From Candidatus Latescibacterota bacterium (GTDB lineage Bacteria; Latescibacterota; UBA2968; UBA8231): a stretch of DNA of 64,000 bases. The notes beneath the pieces were generated by a model. The model searched no databases, had not been told where the DNA came from, and worked only from the letters and a program-made list of their open reading frames with translations. Positions 39,120-49,268 of this stretch are shown here, in pieces (the stretch's first letter is position 1; each line of letters begins with the position of its first letter). The position numbers were made by a program, and so were the translations under genes. The DNA is taken from positions 2,240,001-2,304,000 of the forward strand of contig OY730476.1 of assembly GCA_963422735.1 (NCBI GenBank). Direction: 5' to 3'.

Positions 39120-41453
39120 CTAATAGACCAGATGGACGACGCGCTGTCGTCGCTCCGTTCTAGTGTCGGTCTCTAGCTTGGCGTCCAGAATGTAGATACC
39201 GGGAGGTAACAATAGATCGTTCTCATCCCGACCATCCCACACATAGTGAGTCTGATCCACCTGCTCAGTGCTAGCGACTAAAGCACCACTCAAGTCGTAA
39301 ATCACAACCTTGGGTTGGGCAGAGGTTTTTACCACTAGCAGGCGTAACTCCAGTCTGTCGTTGATGCCGTCTCCGTTCGGCGTGACAATCGCCGGGATCA
39401 CCTCCAATGCGCGGATGCTGTGCTCCTCTTGGGCGATCTCGGGCACAAATACCGTCAAAGCCCCTTGGTCTTCCGGCTGGATCCCCTGGCGAATATCGGG
39501 CTGCGTCGTCGAGCTTACCCAAGCATCGAAAGTAGCAGCATCGGCCAAGAGGCGCAGCGGCAGATCGACTGCGATGCTGTCCCCGCGGACCTGTTCGGGC
39601 AAGTCGATCACTACCGAATCCCCTCTGGACTCCACCTTCAACGGTGCGATGCGGCGATCCCCTATCCGCAATTGTACCTCGCCTTCGAGGGGATTCGGCA
39701 AATCGAGCACTAGGCGGTTGAAACCCCGATCGGCAGGTCTAGTGCGACCTCCGAGGCGGAAGGTAAAAACAGTCCGCGAATCGAGGGCCGCTTCGCGTGG
39801 GGAAACGCTGGCGAAAACCCCACCGCCGATGAGCGGATCGTCGAAGTCGAGGGCGATCTCGCGCAGCGTCGGTGCCGCCTGCGGATCTTCGGTCTGCAGG
39901 CGCACCTCCACTTGGACAAATTTCCTCGGCGTGGGCGAGCGGAAGACTTCCCCTGACTCCTTGTAGGCCGAACTCCACGCACTCCAGTCGGCACCGGCTT
40001 TCGCCACTTTTACTTCGGGCAATTTCTGGCTAGCCGGCAGTTTGTCCCAGCGTCCTTTGGGAACTTCTCGACCGTTTTTGTCGTAATAGAATATCTCTTC
40101 GTCCAACGCATTGCCGGTGCGCGTGCGAATTTCTATGCGTGTCCCGGCCGTTGTCTCCGCCTCCCAGCGCAGCCGGCGCAGGCTTTTGGCACCTACCAGA
40201 TCGATGAAATTAGAGGTCATCACCACTGCAGCCGGATAGCCTTCGCCGTAGAGGAAAACCTCGAATAAATGGAAAGCGGTTTCTCTGTTGGTGGGGGCCT
40301 CGTGGTGATAGAACAGATAGCGCACCTTGCGGGTGGGAAAGCGGAAATCGAAGTTGCGGTTTCTCGTGCCCGCGCTGCTCAGCGTTTCGTTATTGACGAA
40401 GCTGAGCAACTGGTAATCGACGGGACTCTGGAGCCGGTCTTCCCCCTCGGTGGGGATCGGCGTACCATCCGAGGTCAACAGTTCAAAACCGGACTGATTC
40501 CTGTACGAATTCACCCCCATCGTAGCAAATCCCGGCGGCGGCTCCACCATCGTTAGCTGATCGATCCAGAAAGTGGCTCCCAGATCCCATTCAAACCAAT
40601 CGCCTTTATCGCGCCAGTCGAGGTCGCCCCGCGAGGTCAGGGTCCACCACGTGGCTGCAGTTCCATCCATGATATTGGCGATGGTGCGCGGGTCGCGCCC
40701 GGTCCTTATGTCGCCTCCCCGCTCGATAGTCCCCGGCGCAATATTGTCGCCTATGGCCTCAACCTCGATGGCTGCCAGCGCCGCATTTAGGCTCTTGGCA
40801 TGGGCGACGACGCGGACGTACTGGATGGACATATACTCCAAGGAATCGCTGGACATGGTGGCCAAATGATTTCCGGTGGCGTTTCCCAATTCCGGCGTCG
40901 CAAGGTCGTATTCTATCACCGTCTCTCGGCTGGGCTGAGTCGTACCGCCCACCCGGTCGTAGCGAAAAACATCCTGGCCCGTGAGAAAAGGCGTTCCCTC
41001 GGTGACGAAAACGGAAAACTCCCGCAATGGCCGCGCCCCATCAGTATCGGGAAAGGTCAGCCGTATCTTTTTGGCTTGGACGAGGCGGCCCAAATCGATC
41101 TCGATCCACCAATCGTCGAGCGGGGCCTCTTGGCCAGGTTGCCACCAAGTGGTGGCAGCGCCATCGAGAATATGGGCAGCTTGGTCAATGTGGGTCCCCG
41201 CACTGCGGATCCCTCCCTGCACCTCTTTTCCCTTGGCGTTTGGGTGGAAAAACTCAGCCGCGTCGGCGACGGCGTCTATATTGCGCCGAAAGCGTCTGAG
41301 GGCCACGCTACCATCTGCTGCCAACGACAGCACTCCTTGTGGAAAAGTCCATTGCCGCCACTGGTCTTGGCTGTTTATGAGCAGCGTTCCGGCTTCCGTT
41401 TCCCCAACTGGGAAGAGTGCCAACAGCATCAGCAGGTATGTCCGTTTCAACAT
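39120..41453 (-). CDS. Exported discoidin-like/FlgD-Ig domain protein, subtype A (paralog 3)
   Basis: ILDG..TWW..WWIEIDLGR; YGEGYP; RTRTGN; WSAWS; VTPNGDGIND; WDGRD..PPGIY; ends LVY. Confidence 0.85.
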   Translation of the reverse strand: MLKRTYLLMLLALFPVGETEAGTLLINSQDQWRQWTFPQGVLSLAADGSVALRRFRRNIDAVADAAEFFHPNAKGKEVQGGIRSAGTHIDQAAHILDGAATTWWQPGQEAPLDDWWIEIDLGRLVQAKKIRLTFPDTDGARPLREFSVFVTEGTPFLTGQDVFRYDRVGGTTQPSRETVIEYDLATPELGNATGNHLATMSSDSLEYMSIQYVRVVAHAKSLNAALAAIEVEAIGDNIAPGTIERGGDIRTGRDPRTIANIMDGTAATWWTLTSRGDLDWRDKGDWFEWDLGATFWIDQLTMVEPPPGFATMGVNSYRNQSGFELLTSDGTPIPTEGEDRLQSPVDYQLLSFVNNETLSSAGTRNRNFDFRFPTRKVRYLFYHHEAPTNRETAFHLFEVFLYGEGYPAAVVMTSNFIDLVGAKSLRRLRWEAETTAGTRIEIRTRTGNALDEEIFYYDKNGREVPKGRWDKLPASQKLPEVKVAKAGADWSAWSSAYKESGEVFRSPTPRKFVQVEVRLQTEDPQAAPTLREIALDFDDPLIGGGVFASVSPREAALDSRTVFTFRLGGRTRPADRGFNRLVLDLPNPLEGEVQLRIGDRRIAPLKVESRGDSVVIDLPEQVRGDSIAVDLPLRLLADAATFDAWVSSTTQPDIRQGIQPEDQGALTVFVPEIAQEEHSIRALEVIPAIVTPNGDGINDRLELRLLVVKTSAQPKVVIYDLSGALVASTEQVDQTHYVWDGRDENDLLLPPGIYILDAKLETDTRTERRQRVVHLVY

Positions 41454-41468
41454 GCTACCCCCGGACCA

Positions 41469-43481
41469 TCAATACGCTACCGAGACCGAACGAAATTGCT
41501 CTGATGCTTCCTTGTCTGCATCTGCCTTTATGTGCAGGAGGTATATGCCGGGGGGGACCAACTCCCCTTGGTCGTCGCGTCCGTTCCATTGCTCAGTATA
41601 AAAACCCTTGTTGAATTTCCCGCGCACCAAGACTCTGACCTGCTGGCCTGCAAGGGTATAGACGCCGATCTCGGTGGCGGTATCTTCGACGCCCAGTAGC
41701 GTGAATGCGATGTCGAGTTCGTCGTTGATGCGGTCGCCGTTGGGAGTCAGGACCGACGTCGCCAACGCGATCTCAGAGAGCGTTTCTAGGGAGGTACCCG
41801 TGGCGAAAACGCGGACATCGTTGCTATTGAGATCTGCACTCGCGTCGCCAGGATCAATAGACTGGGGCAGGTTTTCCCCCTCCAACTCCAACACCTCTCC
41901 GAGGAAGTGGGTAGTGAAGTCCAATAAGGCCGTGCGAAAGGTAAGCCGTAGGTGCTCCTCTCCATCGGCGCGCACCACTTTATGCGAGGGAAAATACACG
42001 GCTAAAACCCCGTCGGCGAAGCGGACGCTGTCGGGGGCTATCTCCTCGAGTGGCTGTCCGATTTCTAGCTTGACGAGCTCGGCCTCGGCTACGGTATTGA
42101 GTTTGATAGCATCAAAGCCTAGCTGGCCGTCGGTGCCGAAACTAGCTAAGAGATCGTAGATAAATGTCGTCTCTTGGCCAGCCGGCGCTTCGGGCACCCG
42201 GTCTTCTCCCCCGGCCAAACCCACCTCGCCGACGATGGCCTCCACGAGGAGCGGCGAGTACTCAATCGCTACGGATTGTACCTGGCCGAAGGTGTGGAAA
42301 TCCTCGGCTACCATATTGAACTGAAGCTGCATATAACGCCGTGCGTCCGGCGAACGGAGCAATTGGCCGGGAAGGTCGTAGGGCGTTGACCAGAAACTCC
42401 AGTTTTGCTCATCGAGCTTGATCGACGATTTGTCGCCGGGGCGGTCTCCCTGAACAAAGGGCGATTTCTCCAGTGCTTTATTGTAAACCGCTTCTTCTAC
42501 TTTCCGTTCCGTGCCTATATCGCTGATGATGTAATACGCCTTCGGAGTATCGTCCTTGCCGGTGCGGGTTTCCACTACCAAGCTAATCGGCGCATCCGGC
42601 GACGGAATGGGTTCTGGTTCGCCCGGCGTTTTGCGGAACTTTTCAAACTCCCAAAAAATGCGCCCGAAATTCACCGGTACTCCCAGGTCGATAACCGATG
42701 TGAGATAACTAGTATCCGGCGCAAAACCCTCGCCATACACCTCAACCTCGCTCAGCATGTACACCTGTTCAATCAGATTAAAGGAAATGCGCAAAAAACG
42801 CAGAGTCTGCGCGGGGAAGCCAACATCTATAACGCGGTCGGAGTTGACAAAGGTGCGGAACAGTACCTGCTCTAGGGTGCGAGGTCTGTCTTCTTCGCTG
42901 AGCAGGAGAAAATCCGCAGGTTCTCTGGCACCCGATATTTCATACGCCCGGGGAAAGCGTTGCTTTCTCAAGCCCCCGGATTCGTCCAGTCCGGTAGCCG
43001 GAGGATAGAATACCACGCGATTTACGGGAATGGGAAACGCAAAGTCAAAAGTATATATATCTTCCCGGCGACCCCCACCCACCCTAGACCAACGCAGCTT
43101 GGTCACCGTAGCGAGATCGCCGTCAATGACCTGAAAGGGTGCCGTGTGGTAGAGGGGCAGAATACTGGTCCAGAAACGAGGCGTTACCCCCAGTTCAAAA
43201 TCGTCCCTTTTGGGCTGCTTGCCTAGCTGCCAAGTGCTGCCCAGAATCGTAGTATATTCACCGCTCTCCGTGCGGGGACCGGCGATGATATTCTGATGCG
43301 GCAAAAGTTCGAGGGGCTGTAGGGCACCATTGACCGAGACCGTCTCCAAGCCGACGGCGCGCTCACCGAGTTCGTCCCAAGGGACCCCGCCCTGTCCGAG
43401 AACCAAAGTGTGGGTCTCGGCCCGCAGCGGCTCGACGCCGCTCAACAAGACCGCAGCAACGGCAATGAAAGTAATTTTCAT
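41469..43481 (-). CDS. Exported discoidin-like/FlgD-Ig domain protein, subtype B (paralog 4)
   Basis: FPIPVNRVVFYPP; EVEVYGEGF; TRTGKDDTP; NWSFWS; LTPNGDRIND; WNGRD..VPPGIY; ends VAY. Confidence 0.85.
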   Translation of the reverse strand: MKITFIAVAAVLLSGVEPLRAETHTLVLGQGGVPWDELGERAVGLETVSVNGALQPLELLPHQNIIAGPRTESGEYTTILGSTWQLGKQPKRDDFELGVTPRFWTSILPLYHTAPFQVIDGDLATVTKLRWSRVGGGRREDIYTFDFAFPIPVNRVVFYPPATGLDESGGLRKQRFPRAYEISGAREPADFLLLSEEDRPRTLEQVLFRTFVNSDRVIDVGFPAQTLRFLRISFNLIEQVYMLSEVEVYGEGFAPDTSYLTSVIDLGVPVNFGRIFWEFEKFRKTPGEPEPIPSPDAPISLVVETRTGKDDTPKAYYIISDIGTERKVEEAVYNKALEKSPFVQGDRPGDKSSIKLDEQNWSFWSTPYDLPGQLLRSPDARRYMQLQFNMVAEDFHTFGQVQSVAIEYSPLLVEAIVGEVGLAGGEDRVPEAPAGQETTFIYDLLASFGTDGQLGFDAIKLNTVAEAELVKLEIGQPLEEIAPDSVRFADGVLAVYFPSHKVVRADGEEHLRLTFRTALLDFTTHFLGEVLELEGENLPQSIDPGDASADLNSNDVRVFATGTSLETLSEIALATSVLTPNGDRINDELDIAFTLLGVEDTATEIGVYTLAGQQVRVLVRGKFNKGFYTEQWNGRDDQGELVPPGIYLLHIKADADKEASEQFRSVSVAY

Positions 43482-43719
43482 TCGTCCGAACTCTGGGTTG
43501 CAACCTCATGTTTTAGACGGGATCGCTTGTCTCGCCCTTTGGGCGAGGTGAATCAGCAAGTGGGTGGCTTATATTGAGATGTAAGCGACAGAAGATACGG
43601 CAGAACAACGGCTATATAAACCCCTTGCCGCCGGGCGAGAAACCGCTTGGCACTGTTGATCTCCTGCCCTAGAATTAAAATTTGCGCCAATGGCCGACGC
43701 GGATTAGCGAGAACACGAC

Positions 43720-45276
43720 ATGACTAATGCTACGCACACCCTGCTGCTCCCCAACCAAGTTGACGAGGCCCTCGCCGCGCACTTTGCCGCGCTCGGCGTC
43801 GGCACGATATCGGCCTACAAGCTCTGGTGCCACCGGCACGGCCTGAGCACGGCACTGGACAAAACACCGCAAGAGTGGGCCGAGGAGCGGGCACTTTTCG
43901 CCGCGTTGCAGCCATCGGTAGATCCAACAGCCAGCAAGGAGCACGACCCGCGTCGCGCTGCGCTGATCGGCCGGCTCTTCAACGGTGAGCTAGAGGGAGA
44001 AAAGCTCAACGATCTGCTCTCTCGGTTGCGCGTCGAACGCAACGCGCTGGCCGGCGTCCCAGACGCCCAAAAGGCCCTAGGGCGGCTGGTGCTGCACGTC
44101 GAAAAGTACGGCCACTTGCTGCGGCCCATGCCCGTGCTCAAGCGCCTCGGTGCCAACCGCACCAACACCTATATCGCCGCCTTGGGGCAACTGGCGCAGC
44201 ACCATCGCGACTGGCTGCGGCCGGTGGAGGAGTGGCGGCCCGACACGACCAAGGAGCGACCCCAGTTCCGGGCACTGGCGCGGCATCTGCTCGCCCGCTA
44301 CGAGGTCCCCGCGCCCATGGACACCGCTTGGCTCCAAGGACACACTGCGGAAGCCTATCAGCAGCAGGAGTGGTTCAAGCACGTAGCAGGCGGCCAAAAC
44401 TTGCGCACCGCGGGTGTGCCGATGAAGGTCACCAAGCGCATGGCGCATATCTTCATGCAGACCGACCATCCGCACCATACCCTGCTCCAAGCGCTGCGCA
44501 TGGCCCAAGTGGAGGCGCTCGGCGGCGACTCCCACGTATCTTGGTACGTGGCCGCCACGCCGCTGGGCGATTCGTTGGAAAACGAGGACTTCTGGATTTC
44601 GGTCGTCCACTTCTACGTCAACAACTACCCCATGCTACACCGCAGCTACTTCCTGCCGGTCTACGACTACATCCGCCACCAGAAGTACCTGCCCCAGCAG
44701 ATCACGCGGCCCGATGGCACCCAAGTCGAAGGGCCGCCGCCGCAGCCCAACTTCTGCATGAAAGGCCGCAGTGCTGCCAAATTGCTCCACCAAGTGGATC
44801 AATGGCATGAGACGTTGTCGGGAGAAGAAGATGTACCGCTCAAGACGTGGGCGGCTACGGGTTTGGCTGGTTTCCGCCTCGAAGAATACGACGCGCAACT
44901 CAAGTACAACCTCGTCTGGACCCTGTACGAACTCTGCACCTCGCAGCAGCTTCAGACCGAAGGCCGCATCATGGGCCACTGCGTCTTTTCTTACACCGAG
45001 CGATGCCTTGCTGGCGACACTTCGATCTGGTCGCTGCGGGCACTCAACGCCGATGCCGAAGAGGCCCTCGAAAAGCGCGTCCTCACCATCGCCGTTGACA
45101 ACCGCCAGCGGGCCATTACCCAAGCCCGAGGCAAGTTCAACATGGCACTCAATCAGCGGGAGCGGCTGGAGAAGAGACGCCGAGCCGGTTCTCTATACGT
45201 GCATTTGTTGCGCGAGTCGGCGCGGATTTTGCGCTTGTGGACCGATAAGGTGGGATTGGTGCAGAAGAGCACGTGA
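43720..45276 (+). CDS. PcfJ-like domain-containing protein
   Basis: C-terminal LQTEGRIMGHCVFSY...SIWSL...TIAV...QARGKFN pattern. Confidence 0.72.
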   Translation: MTNATHTLLLPNQVDEALAAHFAALGVGTISAYKLWCHRHGLSTALDKTPQEWAEERALFAALQPSVDPTASKEHDPRRAALIGRLFNGELEGEKLNDLLSRLRVERNALAGVPDAQKALGRLVLHVEKYGHLLRPMPVLKRLGANRTNTYIAALGQLAQHHRDWLRPVEEWRPDTTKERPQFRALARHLLARYEVPAPMDTAWLQGHTAEAYQQQEWFKHVAGGQNLRTAGVPMKVTKRMAHIFMQTDHPHHTLLQALRMAQVEALGGDSHVSWYVAATPLGDSLENEDFWISVVHFYVNNYPMLHRSYFLPVYDYIRHQKYLPQQITRPDGTQVEGPPPQPNFCMKGRSAAKLLHQVDQWHETLSGEEDVPLKTWAATGLAGFRLEEYDAQLKYNLVWTLYELCTSQQLQTEGRIMGHCVFSYTERCLAGDTSIWSLRALNADAEEALEKRVLTIAVDNRQRAITQARGKFNMALNQRERLEKRRRAGSLYVHLLRESARILRLWTDKVGLVQKST

Positions 45277-45281
45277 TCGTA

Positions 45282-45538
45282 TTACAGTTTGAAGAAAAGC
45301 GTACCCATCATCGACAGCCAAGTGGTAATAGCCAAGCCGATAACCAAGTTAAATTTGCTGTTGAACTCGCGGCGTATTTCGCGGATTTCGGACTTAAGTT
45401 CGGTCTCTAGACCGTCGATCTTGGACTCGATTTTGGTATTGTTTCCGCGCACATCCGTCTCAATGAGGCTTAGGCGATGGTCGATCTGCTGCAAAACATC
45501 GCGAGTGGTGAGTCGGGAGAGGATTGTGGGTTGGACAT
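45282..45538 (-). pseudogene. Small coiled-coil + C-terminal TM protein, probable N-terminal frameshift
   Basis: ATG 45538 (MSNPQSSPD) is one base out of frame with LTTRDVLQQIDHRL...FNLVIGLAITTWLSMMGTLFFKL; TTG 45494 is an alternative start. Confidence 0.55.
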
Positions 45539-45885
45539 GGTGAGCATCCTTTGGTATTCGAGCAAAGATAATCGGCTACATGGCTAATGCAAAATGCAGA
45601 CCAGTCGTTGCACTCTGAGCGACGGCGTTTTGTTAGATGCACGGTGTAGTATGGGAGGAACAGTCGTGTTGCGATTGCGCTACAGCTTATGTGCATAGCC
45701 CGACGTGGCAATTACCGAGGTATAGGTGCATGCCGACGGCACGGTTGAGCAGCGCTTTTTGCCCTGTAAGACCTAAGTATTGGCCATCGCGCACTTCGGC
45801 AGTGATTACTTGGATTTTGCGCTTGTGGACGATAAGGTGAGGCTGGTACAGAAGATCCCGTAGGGACCCTACGGACAAGACGCGA

Positions 45886-46410
45886 TTAACGGGTACCCAC
45901 TGAAAGCAGCGATTTGACCTGTCCCCAGGTCTGGGCTTCGACGCTCGTAGCGGAAGGGGAGGCTGGCCGCCATTCGGGAAAATTTCCGCCCAAGCCATTG
46001 GTCAGTTCGACCAAGTTGCTCCCATCTGTATCAATAGTCCAAATCTCAAACGGGCCGCCTATATCGGGGCTAGAAGCGAAGGCTATTCTCATGCCGTCGG
46101 ATGACCAAGTCGGGTTTATATCATAGTTGGGGCTGTCGGTCAGGCGAGTGGGCGTACGCTCGTCTCCACTGTTATCAACAATATAGATGTCAGTCTGGTC
46201 CTCATCCCCCCGGATGAACATGTTTTTAGTTCCGTCTGGAGAAGGCGTCCTTATTGTTCGGGCGATAGCCCCCTCCTTCCGGTCCGCAGGTAGGGGACCA
46301 CTTCCGTCTTCTATCCCTATAACAAACGACTCAGTGCCCGCTTGCCCCCAGCCATCAACTGTCAACCCCAGCGTTGCCAAGCAGACGATTAGTAGAGACC
46401 GATAGCCCAT
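45886..46410 (-). CDS. Exported TolB/PD40-like repeat protein with TWGQVK tail
   Basis: Signal peptide; RLTDSPNYDINPTWSSDGMRIAFAS; ends ATSVEAQTWGQVKSLL; RBS AAGGAG. Confidence 0.78.
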   Translation of the reverse strand: MGYRSLLIVCLATLGLTVDGWGQAGTESFVIGIEDGSGPLPADRKEGAIARTIRTPSPDGTKNMFIRGDEDQTDIYIVDNSGDERTPTRLTDSPNYDINPTWSSDGMRIAFASSPDIGGPFEIWTIDTDGSNLVELTNGLGGNFPEWRPASPSATSVEAQTWGQVKSLLSVGTR

Positions 46411-46550
46411 AACGTGGCTCCCTTTAAATTTGCGAATTGGGCAAAGTGTGGCTAGACACTATGACTAAAACCTGATGACTTACAAGTACGGCGTACGCAA
46501 GGCATCTTCAACCGGTGAAGGGGATTTCAGTCCCGTCGGCAGTCGTCTCT

Positions 46551-48455
46551 TCAATAGAACACGCTGAGCGTCCTAGCTAGCACCTCTTCCCCCGACTCGG
46601 CCTCGGCCGCGATGCGCACTATATAAGCCCCTGGAGGTACCAGATTGCCGATCGCATCGCGGCCGTCCCAGGTTTGTTCGTAGGCTCCGGCGGACAAGGC
46701 GTCAAAAAAAAGCTGACGCACCCGGCGTCCAGCCAGATCGTAGATGCCGATGGAGAAATCGACCTCCTGCACCAAACGCAAGACTTGAAAAGTAATGCGA
46801 CTCTCTTCGTTGACGCCGTCCCCATTGGGGGTACACACCGCCGGTACGACCTGCATAGTGGATAAAATCCCACCCTCTGCGGCATTGGAGAAAAAGACCC
46901 GGCTAGTGTTGGTGCCAACACTCGGACTGGCATCGCCGGCAGCGACGGGCTGGGGTAAACGACCTCCAGAGTCGATTAGGTGGCTCGCCAAGTTAGTAGC
47001 ATAGACCAGAATAGCCGTGCGAAAAGTAACGCGCAGCGGCTTGTTGTTGTTCGGCCCGATCCGGTTCGATGGGAAGGACAGCATCAGCCCACTCGCATTC
47101 GCGTGGACGCTGTCGGGCACCACCTCGACGAGCGGCTCACCCATCTCGAATTTGAGCAACGTCGGTTCGCTCTGGGTTGCGATGTGCAAGCCATCGAACC
47201 CCATCTGCGCGTCGCTGCTAAATTCTGCCCGAATGTCATAGGTAAAAAGAGTATCTCGACCTGCTGGCACCGCAACTATACCCCCTGGGGGGAACGGGTC
47301 TGCGACAACGGCGACCTCGCCTACGGCGCGGTCGGCCAGAGGCAGTGAGTAGCTAACAGCCAAGCTGTCTATCTGGATGAGATCGGTAGAGGTGCCCCGA
47401 AAAAAAAGCTGGAAATCAAAATACCTTCTTGGGCCAGGCAGTTCGAGGGGATAGGTAAAAATACCTGTCGAATCAATGCGGATCGGATTCTTCCAGGTCC
47501 AGCTTTCGGCATCGTTGAGGATGGAACCGCGAAAATCCTCCGCCAGCTTGGCATAGGCGTCTGCGGTCGTGGGTTGCTCTGAACCCGTTTCGCGATCGAC
47601 GATTTCAAAATGGACTAGGGGAGTCTCATCAGTGCCGTTGCGCAGGGTCAGGTCCACGGACGCCGCGGCTGTCGCTGTCGGGAGCAGGACGCCGTCTGGC
47701 TGTCGGCGCAACTTGGTGGTTTTGACGGAGAGCGTGCCGAGAATCGCTGCTGTGGGCAATTCAATAAGCTTGGAAATATAAGTGCCTTTGGGCACGAAAC
47801 CTGTGCCAAAGGCTTCGATTTCCGCTATTTCAAATGGATTGGGCGAAAGAATGCGCAGCCTGATAAAACGGATTAGCTGCACTGGAAAGTCGATTGTCGC
47901 TCTCGGCTCGGTCTGCAAATCAACGCGTTTCAAGACCTGATAGCGCGGCTCTCCTTGCTGGGTATAGTCGCGGCCATCACTCACAGAAAGTTCAAAGGCC
48001 CTAGGAAAGTCGTCGGGAAAGGATGGGCTGGGAAAGTAGATCAGACGATTGGCCGGAAAAGAAGCCCCTAAGTCCAAAAAAAAGATGCGACCAGTCTGAT
48101 CGGTGCCCAGCCCTTTGAATCGGCCGCCGGAAGAAGTCTGGTCATCGCCATCGACTAGGACGGCGGCAGAGCCTTCGATGGCGGCGTTGTCCCAGATGTG
48201 GGCACTGCCTTCGGTGACAAAGTCCAACGTAGGCGAGTCGCTCCAATCGAGTGTGCGGAGGATATTGTCGGTTTCTGCCAAGCCGATAGGACGGATCAAA
48301 GCCGGGTTCTGCAGATCTACTCCTCCTGCGACCGCGGCCTGAGAATCCCAAGAAAGCCCATCCCCACCGACTCTATAGCTTTCAACCTGTGCTCCGAGCG
48401 GCGCATTCAGCCAACATACTCCGCATAAAACGAGGCTGCCTGTGAGCAGTCTCAT
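46551..48455 (-). CDS. Exported discoidin-like/FlgD-Ig domain protein, subtype B (paralog 5)
   Basis: ATGA-coupled to the upstream lipoprotein; LDLGASFPANRLIYFP; EIEAFGTGF; CTPNGDGVNE; WDGRD..VPPGAY; ends VFY. Confidence 0.85.
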   Translation of the reverse strand: MRLLTGSLVLCGVCWLNAPLGAQVESYRVGGDGLSWDSQAAVAGGVDLQNPALIRPIGLAETDNILRTLDWSDSPTLDFVTEGSAHIWDNAAIEGSAAVLVDGDDQTSSGGRFKGLGTDQTGRIFFLDLGASFPANRLIYFPSPSFPDDFPRAFELSVSDGRDYTQQGEPRYQVLKRVDLQTEPRATIDFPVQLIRFIRLRILSPNPFEIAEIEAFGTGFVPKGTYISKLIELPTAAILGTLSVKTTKLRRQPDGVLLPTATAAASVDLTLRNGTDETPLVHFEIVDRETGSEQPTTADAYAKLAEDFRGSILNDAESWTWKNPIRIDSTGIFTYPLELPGPRRYFDFQLFFRGTSTDLIQIDSLAVSYSLPLADRAVGEVAVVADPFPPGGIVAVPAGRDTLFTYDIRAEFSSDAQMGFDGLHIATQSEPTLLKFEMGEPLVEVVPDSVHANASGLMLSFPSNRIGPNNNKPLRVTFRTAILVYATNLASHLIDSGGRLPQPVAAGDASPSVGTNTSRVFFSNAAEGGILSTMQVVPAVCTPNGDGVNEESRITFQVLRLVQEVDFSIGIYDLAGRRVRQLFFDALSAGAYEQTWDGRDAIGNLVPPGAYIVRIAAEAESGEEVLARTLSVFY

Positions 48456-49177
48456 TCCTGCGCCCAATCTGCCGGAGGCTGATACCCCCTGAATACCTCG
48501 CGCTGAAAATGGTACGCCAGATCTATGGTCTCGACGGGCTGCTGCCTGAAGTCGAAGCGAATTGCCACGTCGCTGAGGTGAACGGTAAACTCATTGATAT
48601 CGTGGGGTAACGCGGGAAATACCACAAACCCCTCAACTTCTTGGCCACTGAAAATGTCTTCGTCTGGATATATGGTGCGGGTCAGAATCTCTCTCCGCTC
48701 CCGAAAGACACTGTAGGCATTGCCCGCATACCCGGGAATCATGGAACCATAGAATTCGAGGATATCCGTTCTGTTGAGAGGATCGTACTCGCGGCCGGCC
48801 TGTTGGGAGACCAGCGTTATTCGGGTGGGGTCCAGATGTACCTTGGGATACTCGTAGTTTTTCACCTGGACCGAAAAGACGGTGTACTTTGGTGGCGTGT
48901 AGGTATCGCCTAGCGGCTTCCAATTGCCAAAGGTATATGGATTCTTGGAGTTGGCACCCGCCGCAGAGTAGTCGGCAAATTGACGGTTCAGCTCTTCGTC
49001 CGCCATGGGGCGCAGAGAGATTTCGAGGCGGTTGAAAACGGCGGTAATGGTCCCGTCGTCCTCAACCGAGGCATAGGCTTCCTGGCGATTTTCGGGCGCG
49101 GGTGCGATCAGCCCGGGGAAATAGCGACCACAACCAACCAGCACCAGCAGAACCAAGGCACCCAAGCATGGACTCAT
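48452..49177 (-). CDS. Hypothetical lipoprotein
   Basis: Lipobox LVLVG|C; alternative start 49198. Confidence 0.75.
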   Translation of the reverse strand: MSPCLGALVLLVLVGCGRYFPGLIAPAPENRQEAYASVEDDGTITAVFNRLEISLRPMADEELNRQFADYSAAGANSKNPYTFGNWKPLGDTYTPPKYTVFSVQVKNYEYPKVHLDPTRITLVSQQAGREYDPLNRTDILEFYGSMIPGYAGNAYSVFRERREILTRTIYPDEDIFSGQEVEGFVVFPALPHDINEFTVHLSDVAIRFDFRQQPVETIDLAYHFQREVFRGYQPPADWAQE

Positions 49178-49210
49178 CGCAAAGCGCTTCCCAGACATCC
49201 TACAAAATGC

Positions 49211-49250
49211 AAAAGCGGGAAGTAGAGATATGTACACCTCTCCTCCCCGC
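49211..49250 (-). terminator. Intra-operon terminator/stabilising hairpin
   Basis: Minus strand gcggggaggagag...ctctacttcccgc followed by tttt. Confidence 0.55.
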
Positions 49251-49268
49251 TGCTGAAATGGGAAAATT

